A DNA stretch of 64,000 bases from assembly GCA_943704425.1 (NCBI GenBank), contig CALSCP010001493.1, positions 42,196-106,195 of the forward strand, in the 5' to 3' direction. Positions 24,322 to 38,618 of this stretch are shown piece after piece. The notes under the pieces were generated by a model, which saw only the letters and a list, made by a program, of their open reading frames with translations, was not told where the DNA came from and searched no databases. Position 1 is the stretch's first letter. Every line of letters starts with the position of its first letter. This DNA comes from Ministeria vibrans ATCC 50519. Lineage: Eukaryota > Protista > Filasterea. The translations under genes were made by a program, and so were the position numbers.

Positions 24322-25129
24322 TTAGTAGCGGTCTTCGGGCAGCAGATTGTACTTCATCCGAATGTCGTCCGTGCGCGCTTTGCGTTCCGACTTGCGTTCC
24401 GACTGACGGGCAGCGCGCGCCTGATACTGCGCCTCTTCTTCAGCCGCGATCTTGTTAAGGTAGCGACGGTAGCGCTTCTTGTTCCACTTGCGGTAGCAGC
24501 AGTAGAGGCCGACGAGGAGGAGCGCACCGAGCGCAATGCCAAACGAAATGGCAATGGCCATAAGAACGTTCCACGGCGACTGGCACGTCTCGTAGTACAG
24601 GCTGTACGTGGAGCACCCGTTGCCGTCTTGCGCTTCCACGGGGAAGCTCTTGCCCTTCTACATGCCGTGCAAACGATGGGAGAAAGAGTGAGACAAAATA
24701 TCATCGAAAAAAGTTCCCCCAAACACAGAAAAAAAAAACAAAAAAAAACAAAACGGTTCAGAGGATAAGAGGAAGGGGAAAAAAGGGGAAGTCAAGAGGA
24801 CGAGAGGGTGGAAATGGACCATATGGACATAGGGAGACGCGAGAGGGAGGCGCAGGGAGGGCGTACGAGGCGGCAGGGGGCAACGGGACCGCCGCACCAC
24901 ACGCAATCGCTGTTGTCCAGACACTGCTTGCACGTTTCGTTGAGGCCGTGGATGTTGCACGGGTCAGGCGTGGTTTGGGCTGTAGCAATGCCAGCAAGGC
25001 ACAGAATGAGTCCTGAGAAGACGAGAAGGGCGAGAGAGAGAGAGAGAGAGAATGAGGAGCGGAAAGAGGGAAACTTGTGTGTGTTTGGTCTCTACCAAGA
25101 AGTAACAGGGGCCTTCTTGGTAATGACAT
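24322..25129 (-). CDS. PTTG1IP: PTTG1-interacting protein-like PSI-domain membrane protein
   Basis: Signal peptide; CKQCLDNSDCVWC PSI motif; TM followed by YCCY; C-terminal ERKARTDDIRMKYNL resembles the recalled family motif HDEIRKKYGL. Confidence 0.8.
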
Positions 25130-25354
25130 GGTACAAGAGATAGACTGCGCAAAGTTAAAATGGGGCGTTGAGACTTTTTATAGGGAGTAGGAAAATAAAT
25201 TGAAGAAGAAGATTTCCATTTTCCAATAGACAATAGTCAATACTCAATAGAAATTGAATTTGATCATTGAATAATATAATTTTAGCAAAAGATGCAGTAA
25301 AAGTCGAGCAGAAGCATATAGAAGAAGAAGAAAAAAATTATTATAATAAAATAA

Positions 25355-25517
25355 TTATTGGTGGTTTTCACTGGGAGGTGGGGTAGCCCCTAAGAGACCA
25401 AGTGAACGTGGGAAGAGCATCGCGACGAGTGTGGCCGGCGTCTTCAACCGCACGGAAGAACTGTTGGTGCAACTGTAGAAGACGTAAACATCGAGAGTCG
25501 AAAGAGTAAGAGAGAAA

Positions 25518-25591
<74 letters not shown>

Positions 25592-27911
25592 GGAGAAAGA
25601 GACAAAGTAATAGAGAGAGAGAGAGAGAGGAGGTAAGAGAGGAATAGAGGAGAAACGAGGAAAACTGACCTGGAATGAAGATGGCGTAGATAAAGACGAT
25701 AAGGAGGTGGATGGCAATGAAGGGTAGGCCCAAAGTGTGCCAGCAGCGCCGCTTCCATCTGCCCTTGACCTGAATGTTCATCCGCGCGACCACCTCTGAG
25801 TAGTTTTTGTGCAGCGAAGGTCCTAGTTTCCTAAGAGAGTGAGAGTGTGTGTGTCAGAGAGAGAGAGAGAGGAGGGAGAAAGGAAGATGGCGTGAGTGGG
25901 TGAGCGATAGTGGTGATAAAGTGGTGGAGTCTTACTCTTCGCCAAGTTCAAGGAGCTCACGGAAGAGCGAGCGAGCGAGCGTCAGATCCTCCCAACGCCA
26001 GGCACAGTACGCACGGAGGTCGCGGACACGCAGCTCGCTGTCGGTGATGGTATCCGCGTTAATGAGACGACGTTTTTTATCCGAGTCGGGCTTCTTCTCG
26101 GGTTTGTCAGCATCGGGCACGGCAGGGATAGTCGCGCGAAGGTACAGGATGCAGTCGCGCATCGCCCGCCCGATGCGGGCGTTCGAGGGGTCTTTCTGCG
26201 CCTTGAAGCAGTCGAACCGCAGACGCGCACGGTACTCCAGCCACCCGGCATGGTGCGGGTCGGCCGCAATGAGCTGCTTCACGTAGCTACAGCAGTACGA
26301 TATCATACAAGTATAGTCAGTGATATGTTGTTGTCTCTTTCTATAACTTGGTTCCTTTCTTCCTCTCTCTCTCTATCGCTTTGTTTCTTTCTCCCTCCTT
26401 TCTCTCTCTCTCTCTATTGTCTGTTCCCTTACTGGAGCATGCTCTTGAGTTGATGTCTCGAGAGAACACCTTCGTTGATGTTGCGCACGGCAGACATGCC
26501 CAGTGCAATCAGAGCCAGTTGAATGCCCGGCAGTGTCTCGTTGATGGAGGCGTGCAGTTTCTTCTTGTTGCACAGCTGTAGACCACGGCGCACGTAATTT
26601 CTGCTCTTGCTTGGGTTCTCTGCCTTATCCTTGGCCACCACGCTCATCGCAAAGAGCGCTGCGACACGGACCGCAGGCGCCTCGCGACTGCGCGCCTTCT
26701 TCTTCAGACCTTTCACCTGCTTCCTAGCTGCCTTCTTTTTCTTCTTGTCGTCCGGAATGGGCTCACGCATCACCTCGAGAATGCCTGCAATCGTAGACTT
26801 CACGTCGGCATCCTCCGACACGACCGTTTCCAGCACAGCGCCGTTGGCGGGGTCCTTGAGGAAGGGAACCCCCGCATTGCGCTCCCCCGTCGCACCCGCA
26901 AGGGTCACCGACAGATCCACAAGCTGCTTGTTGCCAACGTCCGCGCCAGTTTCAAAGCTGAACAGACCCTTGGCGTCGACACTCGATGCATTGCCGCACA
27001 TGACGCGCTGCACAATGTACGCTGAAGAAGATGCAAAGTGGCTCAAGTGAGTGGGAAGCAAAAATGAGTTGCTCGCACAAGGAAACCGCAAACCACCCCC
27101 TGGAGCGAGGCAGCGTCGACAAGAAGAGTAGACTGCAAGGGCTGTAAGGGCGTACGGGGCCGGAGACGCGCAAACGGCGGTGTGTGGTTGAGAGCTCACA
27201 CCCTTGGCGTCCGTTTAAAAATACACATCTGTCGTTGGGCGGTTTTGGGTGTGCTATTGCTGCAACAGCCATGGCAGAGTCTTTGGATAGTACAACAATA
27301 AGCAAGACGCGTGCGATCGAGCAGCGGCGAGCTCTGCGTCGCGTAGGATCTGGCGGTGACGTGTGTTGCCATGAACATTTCACACAATTTTCCGAACGCG
27401 TTCGGGCCAGTATTGAAGCGCGCAGCAAGGAATACGATTCGCGGGAGCATTATTCACCCGCTGGCGAGGGTGCGGCGGCGATTGGGGGACAGCGTGTCGA
27501 GGAAGGCAAAACGGAAAGCAAACAACAACATTTTTTCGCCATTCTCTTACATCGGTTGCCTTCGTAGGTAGAGTCGTCGTTGGGGGCGCTCTCGAAGATG
27601 GGGGCTGCACTGGCATCGCGCGTGACGGCGCCCTTCACGTCTGTGCTGAACGACTTGGCGGTGGGCATTGCGGCAGCGGCGTCGGAGCCGTCTGCGCCCG
27701 GCTCAGGCACATCCACTGCCACCTCGTCGGCATTGGCCGCCGCGCCATCGTCCTCTGCTGCCTTGCTGCTATCCTCGCCGGCTTCAGTGGCGGCGGGGGC
27801 AGCGTCAGCGGCAGGGGAGGCGTCAGCGGCAGGGGGTGCCGCGTCGGATGCGACCACAGCCTCCTCGGAGGGCGCTGCGACGTCTTGCATTGGGATCTCT
27901 TCGTCAGCCAT
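25355..27911 (-). CDS. Hypothetical multi-exon protein: acidic Ala-rich N-terminus, helical TPR-like middle, C-terminal TM segment(s)
   Basis: Consecutive minus-strand coding exons with GT-AG boundaries; exon linkage within 27050-27550 uncertain, could be two genes. Confidence 0.5.
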
Positions 27912-28091
27912 AGTGTGTGAAGCGGGTACTTGTGACTTTGTTTGAATGTGAATGCAGAAGAAGAAAAACTAGAAGAAGAAGAAGATCCTAAATCACAAAC
28001 AAAAAGACTATAAATTATTTTTGTCTTGTTTGTTATATGACATTGTACAGCCCTCTATTCTCTTCAACGTAATAGACGAATCGGTTTTGGT

Positions 28092-31000
28092 TTATACAAA
28101 AGCAGACTTGGCGTCGGACTTGGGCCTTATTATAGCCTCAATGGCAGCAATGACTTGGCGGTAGCGCGGCGTGTCAAGATGTTGCTCGTCAACATCGCCA
28201 TGCGAGAACATATGGCCGCGACAGATCTTGAGAAGACGGTCAAGAAGTGCCAGTTGTTCGGTGGTGAGCGATGAGCGACTGCTTGTGGCCGGCTCAACGA
28301 TCTCATTGGCTGCTTCGACAACAAAGAGCCAGACATGCTTGAGAAAGATGGCGTGCACAGACGTCTGCAGCGATTGCAGCGTCGTCTCGAGTGTGTTCTC
28401 CAGGAAGGCGTGGATGCGCTCACAGGCACTCTCGTGCACCACCGTACCCATTGACGACGTCGACACCTGACGCGACTCTCCCTCGTCTTCATCGTCTGTC
28501 AGCGTTGTCAACGCTTGCTCATGACGCACCCCTCCATCACCAGCGCCACCACCACTACTACCAGCGGCAGCAGAACTTGCTGCACCGCCTGGCAAAGCAG
28601 CACCCGCACCACCACTGGAGGCTACGTTGGCATCGCTGGGATGCAGCAACGAGCGAGTAGTCGCACTCAGTTGCTTGTTTGCCTTGCTCTTGTTGCACAC
28701 GACGGTCAAGTCATCGTCAGCGGTGGACGTTAGGGCCGTCATGGAAGCCGCGCCTGCGTCCGTTGACGACGACACGTGCTCGTTGCTGGAGCGTGGTCGT
28801 CGTCGCAGGGTAAAACGACTGCGCAAGGACCCTTTCGACTTGGTGTCCTTCTTGGATGTGGGGGCATCCTTACCGCACGGCCCCAGTGCCACAAGTAGCA
28901 CAAGTACAACGCCTCGGGCACACATGAACGAGTACTCCTTTAGCAGCGTCGCCAAGGTCACGTCCACACTGGTAAAGGCCTCGTCAAAGGCATCGAGGAT
29001 GCGCGAGTCGCTTGGCGGTGCTGCTGTTGTGCCAGCCGCTATCGCGTCCTTGTCTGCGCCTGGCGATGCCAACACAGCCTCCGCAGCGAGCGTACCATTG
29101 TCAATGTCCCCTTGCGAGACACGACGGTTGCGCGTCGCGTACAGCTCAGTGGCATCCGTGGTGCGCGATGCGTGTAGGCGCTGTTGTCGCGACTGTGGTT
29201 GTGTTTGTTGCTGCTGCTGCTGTTTCTGTGGCTGCTGCTGGTGCTGCTGCTGCTGCTGCGAAGATGATTGGTTGGAGTCAAGCACACTGTCGTTGAAAGA
29301 GTCGTTGAGCTCGTCAATGACGTTACGCACGCCAATAGAGAAGCAGAAGGACTCGAGACGCGCGCGGGCCACCACAAGATTGTTAATGCACATGGAAACT
29401 TCGACGGAGGGCACAAAACGGTAAAAGGCGTCCTCAAATGACATGGGCTTGAGCGCAAGACGCCAGCGACTAAGTAGATCGTGGATAGCGGTGGTGCAGG
29501 TCGCCTGAGGCAGGCGACGACGGTGGACGTCGCGCACGCTCGTCGTGTACTTGACAATGGCCGTCGAGACGGACTGTGCAAATATGGTCTTGAACATGGC
29601 CAGAATGTGTGCGTCGTCCCAGCGCAGTGATGCCATAAAGGTGTTGTTTTGGTGCATCAGATCAAAGAGGTCACCAACACTCGAGCTCTGCAGCTGCTCC
29701 TTGGTGGTGTCGCGACGGAACTGATCGCTGCTCACCACAATCTCCACCCACTGCTTCATCTTGGCGTCCACCGACTCAAGCCACTTGAATACAAAGGGAA
29801 GGAACCAATCCGAGAGGGGCAACATTGCTTGGACCGCCGCGTACTTGTCAGCGGCCAGTCGTCGTCGCAGCCACAAGCGAATGTCGCGCAGTTTGAAGTA
29901 CAAATCAAACATTTCGGTGCTGACCTCAACAGGAACTGCTTGGAATACACGCTCAAGGTCCTCACTCAGCAGCTCAATGTACACCGAGGAGGTTGCATGG
30001 ACAAGCTGCTCCTCAATGCCTGAAAATAATAATATAATAATAAAAACACCAGGGAGAGAAATTAAAAAAGGAAATCCACAACCGCAGAGAAAGGGATATT
30101 GATAAAAATCCAACAAAAACAACGTCAAATCCACACCACACACATCTATCTTCACGTACCGAGAGCGTAGAGGCCACTGAAGAAGGCCGTGTCTCTCGCT
30201 ATTTCCTCGGCAATGTGCTCCACCAGCTTCAGCATTCGCACCACTTGAACATATGCAGATTTGGCAGAGCGACGATCGGCGCTGCACACAAAAGTCAAAA
30301 AAAAAAGACAGGCAAGGGAGAAAAAACGCAAAGTAATTAAGAACGAGAATAGCGTTGTTGTTGTGTGTGAATGAGTTACCCTCCTTCGCTAGGAATGGAC
30401 ATGGCCGACAGGCGCCGGTACATGTCAACTGCGCCCTGTCGCATGCACGTCGTAACCAGGTCGGGCAATGCATGGTACTCCGGATTGGCTCTCTACACAG
30501 AGACACGCAAAGAAAAGAGAGAGAGAGAAAGAAAGAAAGAGAGATAGAGAAGGGAGAAAGAGACAAAGTGATAGAGAGAGAAACAAAGTGATAGAGAGAG
30601 AGAAACAAAGTGATAGAGAGAGAGAGAGTTTGAGAGAGTTTGAGAGAGAGAGAGATAGAGAGAGAGAGAACGAGAGAATGAAGGAAGAAAGAAAGAACAA
30701 ATAGAAAGAGGGAGAAACGAAAGAGAAAGAACAAATAGATAAAAAATCAGACACTCATTGGTTGCCACACGCATTTGATATACTTGAAAGATGCGCGTTT
30801 GAAGAATAGCACGAAGGCAGTCGACGTTGGCGGCAAGAGCACCATCTGCGCCCGAGCTGCTGAAGCAGTCCTTGTACTTTTTCAGCTGGGAAATAACAAA
30901 AACGTTTGTCAACTTCCATGGGAATACTATTTGTTACGCCATACTTGGTCAATGAGATACTGCGACATGCTGTTGAGAATAGCCAGGTAGGACGTGGCAA

Positions 31001-31279
31001 GGGCGTCGGACATGCGCTCGGAGCACGCCTCAACGTCCTCAAGGGCGATTTGCACAACGCTTGTGTCGACTACGCCTCGCTTCTCGCACTCCTCGGCGAG
31101 TGTGCTTAGCAGTGCCAAACGTTGCTCCAGCTGTGACACCCCATGACGCCACGCGTACTCTTTGAGAACACACAGGCTGAACATCGACAGAGGTCCCTAT
31201 ACACGACAAGAGTGAGCAATCGCACGCACACGGTCACATACTCACACATATTGTACATAAAAAGGATACACAATAATTA

Positions 31280-31325
<46 letters not shown>

Positions 31326-31347
31326 TTATAACAATAATAATAATAAC

Positions 31348-31405
<58 letters not shown>

Positions 31406-34400
31406 TATATTATTATTATTATACACTGCAATTCCCCTTTCTCCTACCGGATAAAGACCGCGCACTACGGTGCCCGATTCGGACTCAGCCACAAGAAGCG
31501 GCTCTGCCGCACTGGGGTCGGCGGCATCGACAAATTCGGAAAAGTCGCCTTCGTCGACGGCGCGCTCGTACTCGTCAAGCTCAGAGGTGATCATGAAGCG
31601 CATGAGACGACGGTAGAGGGCCGTGTGATCGGGAACGGCGTGGCGCGACGGATAGCGTGCCCACTCAAAGTGCAGTGCAAGACGCACCTGTCCAACCGTG
31701 ACACCTTCCTCGACAACACTCTGCCAGAGGACCATGTCCCAGTCGGTGGAAGATGCGCACCAGCCCGAGGAGTTGGACGTCAACAGCGCCTGAAGACTTT
31801 CAGTGAGATCAATGTCGACGACGCCGACGCGCGGATCATCGTGCATGACAAAGTTGTCGTCAGGCGTCACATGCTCAGCAACGGCATCAAAAGGACGCGT
31901 GAAGAAGGGCTGGGTGGCCGTGACAGCGGCCGCATCTGAGTCCCACAGACCCAACTGCAGGTGTAGTGTTGGATATGGCACGTCGACAACAAACCCCCCG
32001 GCACCGCCCCAATCCTGGAATTTCCAGGGTGTTCCTTCGCCCGTCAAGCTGTTGCTGGCTGTGGTCGCATTGCTTCCGGGAAGACTGGCGGTGGAAGGAA
32101 GTGATGGGAGTGACTGAGCATTGCTACCGCTGATTCCGTTGCTGTTATTGTTCACGCGGGAAGGACGGGTGGCAACGGGATGGTGCTGAGAGTGGGGGGT
32201 TGTGCCATGGTCGTCGACAAAGGTTGGCAGCGTGGCGGTAAGGGCGGCGACGGAGCGGCTGGACAGCTGTCGAGGGTCGACGGAGGGTGATACGGTGCGT
32301 TGAGTGTGCGGCGAGAATTGACGGAGTTGCGCTGAAGGGGTGGTGGGACGCGATGAGGAAGACGAGGGAGCAAACTGCTTGGTGGGGGTGCAGGGGCGCG
32401 AGTGCGCAGCAGAAGTGTTGGTGGAGGGTGCGGAGAAGGGGAGGGCGGGAGGCGGACGCACGTCAAGCACGGCAATGCGAACGGAGCCCATGAAGCCGAG
32501 GGGCTGTGGGGGCGACTGAGGTTGCTCATTGTGGTGGGGCTGGTGCAAAGTAGACGCCTGGCCAAACTGGAGGGGCACATCGGCGAGCCATTGGACACGC
32601 TGAAGAGCGGTGCGGAGGAGCTGATCAACGTTATCCTGGAGCAAAGGCTCCTCGTCAAGGTCGTCAAAGGTGCCAAGGAAGTTTGCGTTGAGAACTGGGC
32701 GGAGGTCGCGCAGGAGGCCACGGACATCGTCGCCGGACGTGGCCATTTCACGATGGAGCAGGTAGACGTGCTGGTCGGCGTGGGCGGGCATAGAGAAGGC
32801 ACTGCGCAGACGCCAGACAAGCGCCTCAAGTGGCATGGTCATGCTCGAGGTGTTGTTATTGTTGTTGTTGAATGGACACGATTCGGCGCGTGTTGTGGAT
32901 GTTTGACGGGCGGGGACACTGAAAGCGCGCTTACGTCGTGGACGGGGGCGAGGCTGTTGCTGTTGCTGCTGCTGGTGATGAAAGTGGTAGTGGTGTGTGG
33001 ACGGAGCAGCAAGGGAAACGGCGCGGGGACGGCGTCGGGGGTTGGTAGACGGCGAAACAGGGCAATGGGAGTCGGTGATGAGAATGGAGTCGAGAATGCG
33101 CTCAAACTGATCGGTGAGGAGACGCACACGCGCACGAATGTGTTCTTCTTGGTGGCCCGAATGGCCGGGCAGGCTGGTGGACGAGAGGGAGCGCATTGCC
33201 TTAGGGGACGGAGCAGCGCGGGGGGTGGAAGGCGAGTGATCGTTGGTGTATGTGTCGGTGGGAGTGCCGGAGGTGGTGCGGGGACTGGCGGGTGGAGGGG
33301 TGTGGGAGGCGGGGGGTGGCTTGACCGAGGAGAGGAGAGAGGTGGCGTGGGCGACGCTGACAATGGAGCGTGCGTGGCTGGAAAATATCCCTTTAAGCAT
33401 ACTGGTGACGTCGGCATCGCTGATGGCAACGACAATGGCGCGGCGTTGCTCACCGCCGTGCAGGATAGCATGGATCGACTCACGTAGAATGCGCAAGAAG
33501 AGTATCCGATCCGAGTCGGGTATGAGTGCCACTGCAGCCAAGGGTGCGGCGTAGCGCTCGGTGAGCAATGCGGATGACGAGAGGCGCGATAGATTTCCCA
33601 GAGATGTGTTCTGTTTGATGGCAACTTCGGCAAATTGACGCAGGCGGAAGAGAAGTAGACAGCGATCCTGAACACGCGAGCGCACGTACACATGGAGAGC
33701 ACCATGTTCGGCAATGACGTTGCCTACGACGCCGGCAATGGCAACTTTGCTGAGGGCCAGGTCCCAAAGACGACCGCTGTCTCCAAACGAGGGTTTTGTC
33801 GAGTAGTAGACGGAGGTGCCGGACGGGAGTGAACTTGAGCCGGGCATGCGAAGGCCCGCAAGCGGCTGGAGGCAACAGCGCAGCGTCATGGTGTACAGCG
33901 AGAGGTCGTCGCCCACCAGATACACCTGTGGGCTGCCCAGGGCACCACCCGCCGGGTTGGTCGCAGCGCTGAGAGGGCGTTGCGGGGCGCCGTGCGCGTC
34001 GCAAGATGGAAACGCCGTCGAGCCTGCGCTGCCCGCCTCTGCTGCGCCAAAGCCCGACGCATCCATCCCGCTATGCGCCGTGGCAAACGCCGCCGTGGCA
34101 GCAGCGGCCGCAGCAGCGCGATACGATCCGTCAGCGTCCTGCACAGCACATCAAGTCAAAAACGGATTGAAAGAGATAGTATACATATAAAAAAAAAAAC
34201 ACAACATTGAGTGTTTTTTGGCTTTACCTGTGAGTATTCGCGAAAAAGAGTCTGGAGATCGTCAAGACCTCGACTGATACTGCCATTGCTGCGGAAATCG
34301 CCGCCGTTGCTGCCAATGGAGATGGACGAGACCTGTCGACGATGTTTCTTGACGGCGGACGACGGCGGCGGGCCAGACGCCATCAGCGACGGCAACGAGA

Positions 34401-34437
34401 CGCCCGTCGACGCCGTCGTGGGCGGGGCCAGTGACAT
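28092..34437 (-). CDS. Munc13/BAIAP3/CAPS-family protein with a C2-like segment and MUN domain
   Basis: GQVRLALHFE (C2 end); LKEYAWRHGV; LKKYKDCF; WFLPFVFKWLE, SSSVGDLF and FAQSVSTAIVKY (MHD1); MCINNL; MHD2-like FLKHVWLFVV. Confidence 0.8.
31278..31402. repeat. (AAT)n microsatellite, intronic
   Basis: Direct reading; similar tracts at 13680-13757, 41500-41580 and 43170-43212. Confidence 0.95.
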
Positions 34438-34569
34438 GCAGCACAACTAAATAATGATAAAATAATGAAGTTTGTTTTTTGTTTGATTTTGAATACGAAG
34501 ATTTATTATTAATCGCTGTCTCGCATGACATTAGACAATAACATAATAATATTAATTAATACTTCGCGA

Positions 34570-37500
34570 ATGCGCCTGACTTGTGTTGCTTTTCTACTTG
34601 CGGGTCTTGTTGCCTTGATCGGGGCGGATATTTGCGAACCAGTACAACATATTGATCATTGAAAATTTGTGTGTGTGTGGGTGTTTGACCTCTCTGTGTG
34701 TTGACGCTGTAGGAATCTCTCTTCTACGCCTTCACGCCGTGCGATCGGGACGACACACGATGGATGCTTACGGGGCACCGGCACAAGAACGCGACGTGCG
34801 CGACTCTCCCGGCGCGTCAAGTCCCGTGCACCATCGAGTGCGCGTCGGGCGAGTTCCTGCCCCTCGGCGGCATCCAATGCGCCAAGTGTCCGCGCGGGAC
34901 GTTTAGGTAAGCCTGTCGCAGTCAATGGGTTTGCCGCGCCATGGCACATCATCGTTTGCTTTAGCGAGGGAGGCGGCGAACAGTTTTCGACTTGGAAAGC
35001 ATTGCCAAAAATCTTTTCGACAGCGCACACTGGTGATTGTGGGAGGTGGACGACGAACGGGACGTTTGTCCAGAGCGCCGCACGGCCCGGGGGCTGCAAG
35101 TCTGTACTGACTCTTGATGTGTCGCTGAAAAAGTCGGGATTTGTCAAATTTCGCTATCTGGTCGACTACTCGTATGTCCCATCGTGGCTGTCCGACTCGG
35201 GCGAGCCCACTCGCTCGACGTTTGCTTACGTGACGATCAACGGGGACTCTTCGGTGAGCTGTCTTAGCGATGAATCGACGGGACAGCGGAAGGAGCTGAT
35301 GGGATCGACGAGTGTGCCGCTGACAAAGGAGATTGCCCTTGCTGCCGGGCACAATTCCGTCTCGTGGGTGTCGCAGGGGCGCTCTGAGTATGGCTGGCCT
35401 GCACCACTGCCTTTACGAGTTGTTTCGGTACAGGTGCAGGGCACAGACTACGCCGGCGACTGTTTCTTGTGTCCCAAAGGCACGTACAGCCGTGAGCTTG
35501 GCAGCACCGAGTGCTTCCCATGCGCACCCGGGCATTTTGCCAACACAACTGGCATGAGTGCGTGTCTTACGTGCGCTCACGGCTCAACGAGTCAGTCGGG
35601 TGCCTCGGAGTGTGTGGCCTTTGGCGTGTGCTCCGCCGCCGATACCCTCGTGACCTACTCGCCATGTACGACCCTAGGCACTTCGGGCCAGCTCCAGCGC
35701 ACCGTCAGTTGGCAGTGGAAGACCCTGTTGAGTTGCTACATTGATACAACTGTGTACGACAAGCCGGCAACGCGAACAGAAGCGTGTCCGCTGTGTCCGC
35801 CCGGCATGGAGTTGAGTGCGACTGCAGCCGCGGGTTGCTCTTACTGCCCCGTGGGCACCCATAGTCCTGGCGGAGTGCCTTGTATTCCGTGTCCGCCCCA
35901 TACGGCCGCACTGCGCGTTTATGATCTATCGCGCTGGCCGTCGCTGCCGCCGAATGCGCGCACCTGGTGCCAACACTTCTCTTACTATCGATGCAACGGA
36001 TGGATTCCCGGCACGGATGGACTCTCAAGCGGCATTGGTATCGACAGCACCGTCGAAGTGGTGCTGCAAGTGAACGCCTCGATTGCAGTCAATGACAATG
36101 GTGACAGGGGTGGTTTGGTCCAGGTGAACATTTCTTCGATTGTGTGTGCGGGAGTGTGTCAATTGAGTGTGGTTGCGAGCGAACTACTTTCTGCTCCGTC
36201 CGACCAGGCACGATCGCTGTCAATTGGCTCGCACAGTGGCGCTCTGTCCGAGCCACTTGTGCTGGAGGGATCTCTGCCAACGGGCGAATGGTCATTGCAA
36301 GTGGTCTTTTCTAAAATAAACGCAGCGTACGACTCGTGGGACGACGAAGAGATTGTCGACACCAACGACAACTGGGTCGACTACGACGACGAGTACGACG
36401 AGTACAATGGCCGGCGGCGGCGCTATGCCGACCCTTCTCTGGACCATGCCGTGATCTCCGCCATATTTGTTGGTGACACTACCGATGTACGTGTCGAGAC
36501 TAGACTAAGTGATAGAGGGAGAGAGAGAGGGAGAGGGAATCCAAAGTGTGACTGATGAAATTCATCTCTTTTTATATTGCAGGGGGGCGCCGCACGATGC
36601 ACTGAGTGTCCGCTGGGCACATATTCGTTGGCCAACTCTGTATCGGACCGGTGTTTTACGTGCGATGCGGGGAAGGTGTACAGTGAGCGTGCGCAGTCGT
36701 GTGTGCTGTGCCCCGAGAACACGTACAAGCCGGAAGACGAGGCGACGCTGATCGAGTGCCGAGCGTGCGGTGCGGGTCTGAGTGCCGATCGAGGGGCAAC
36801 CAAGTGCATCAGCAGTTGTGTGGTTGACATTGCGAGTGCAGACGGGCCGACGAGTCAAATTGATTTGACCCAGCTCGACGCTTCTCCCGTGCTCTTCGAT
36901 GGGCCATTGCAATTTACCGAGACGGGTGTTCCATACAACTTGCGCTATGCGCTCCGGCTGTGCCACGAGCCGACAGGAAACAACGAGACATGTCATGATG
37001 TGACTACAGGGCGGACTGCAGGCGATGCACACATGTGCACAGTGCGCATGGAGACAACGCATGCTGGTCGCACTGGTAGTGTCGTCGTGGCGCGTGATCC
37101 CATGAGCTTGGGCGACCGACTCGACTCGCTCACCGTCGCTCAAGACTCACACACTAATCGGACTGCACTTACCTTCCACTATGTCCACGGATCCGTTTCA
37201 ATTGCCTGTCCCTCACGCTTTTCCTCCATTGTCACGCTTTTTTGCGCACTTGACGAGGGAACAGGTAGTCAAAGTTATTGAGCGAGTTTTTGAATCGTAT
37301 ATAAAACCATTTTCTTGATTGATGGGTAGGGACGCCCGAGTTGGTTTCCGCGACACCATGTACGCGTGTATTTGAATGGTACACGGCCAGTGCATGTCGC
37401 TCGTGCACTTGGGAAGACTACACCAATGTCACTTCCGGTATTGAAGAGGATGATTGTTCGTAGTGAGTGAGTGAGTGAGTGAGTGAGTGAGTGAGTGAGT

Positions 37501-38199
37501 GTGTGTCTGTGTGTGCGTGTGTGCACATGAGCTTGGTGTAGTGTTGTGTGCTTGGTGTTTGTAGTGCTTAGTGGGTGTGTCGTGTGTGTTGTGCTTACCT
37601 GTCGATGTGTGTTTCTCTTTGCAGCGTGCATGAAAGGCGGGTTGAAGAAGGTTTCTTACGTGTGGAAGACATATCCACCGAAGTGTGCTGGAGGTGTACG
37701 ACTGCCTGCGCCGCACATGGTGACGTGTACATGGCTTGAGCAGAGTGTAGTTGACCTAAAGTGGGTTGGAGTGGGTGTTGCGGGCACTGTGCTAGTGCTT
37801 GTGGTGGTCATCGTGGCGTTGTGGCGGCGCAATCGCAATCTCGAGTACAAGTACACGCGACTCGAAGAGGACGCCAAGACGGGGCAGTTTCCGGCGGCCG
37901 AGACATGTGGTATGGGCAGCGGTAGTGATGACGAAGAGGAGGAGGAGGATGAAGCGGGAGTGGGGTTGAAGGGGCGCAAGCCGCTGAAGCAGAAGATTGC
38001 TCGAGGAATGCGCTCGCTTGGACGACGTCTCAAGGGCGGGAGCGGCGCAGGGGGAGCAGCATCTGCCAAAGCTGGTGACGGAACATGGGATTTGGATGGG
38101 TTTACCAGCGTATCTATGAGTGGAATGGGCAATGGGCAGGGTGAGGCAATAGCAATGGCGCCTTTGGACGATTCGGACGACGACGAAAGTCACTTGTAA
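34570..38199 (+). CDS. ELAPOR: ELAPOR/KIAA1324 (UPF0577) family Cys-rich type I membrane protein
   Basis: Signal peptide; FTPCD...RW; repeated C..C..G.YS modules; MRH-like region; TM followed by WRRNRNLEYKYTRL...PAAETCG (recalled family motif WKKNQKLEYKYSKL...PAADSCA). Confidence 0.88.
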
Positions 38200-38402
38200 A
38201 AAACGTTTTTTTTCTGTTTTTTTTGTTATAATTTATTATTAATGGATGTTGCTGGAGTGTACTGGCGCTTTGTCTGTCTGTATGTACTTGCTATTCAGAC
38301 TCACAGAGTGTGGATAAGGTTGACTGATCGACGATTGTAATTGACGTGATCAGGATTAAAAATTATTATTAGTATGAGTGAATGGATGTGGGTCTATTCA
38401 CT

Positions 38403-38479
38403 ATTGGCTTCTTTAATCTTTATTCTTTCGGGACATTCTTGTCTAGAAGTTTACGGCGGAAGTATGGTGCTGCTTCTTT
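38403..38479. repeat. Dispersed two-box element, copy B
   Basis: TTCTTTCGGGACATT, CTTGTCTAGA and TACGGCGGAAGTATGGTGCTGCT. Confidence 0.8.
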
Positions 38480-38618
38480 GAATATATTGTGATGATTCTC
38501 TACTTTTACTCTTATTAGTAATTTCAATTATCTAATAATAATAATAAAATTATTAATAATAATTCAGTTTTCAGACTTTTCACAATTCACAGTTCACACA
38601 CATTTTGTTCTTCTACCA

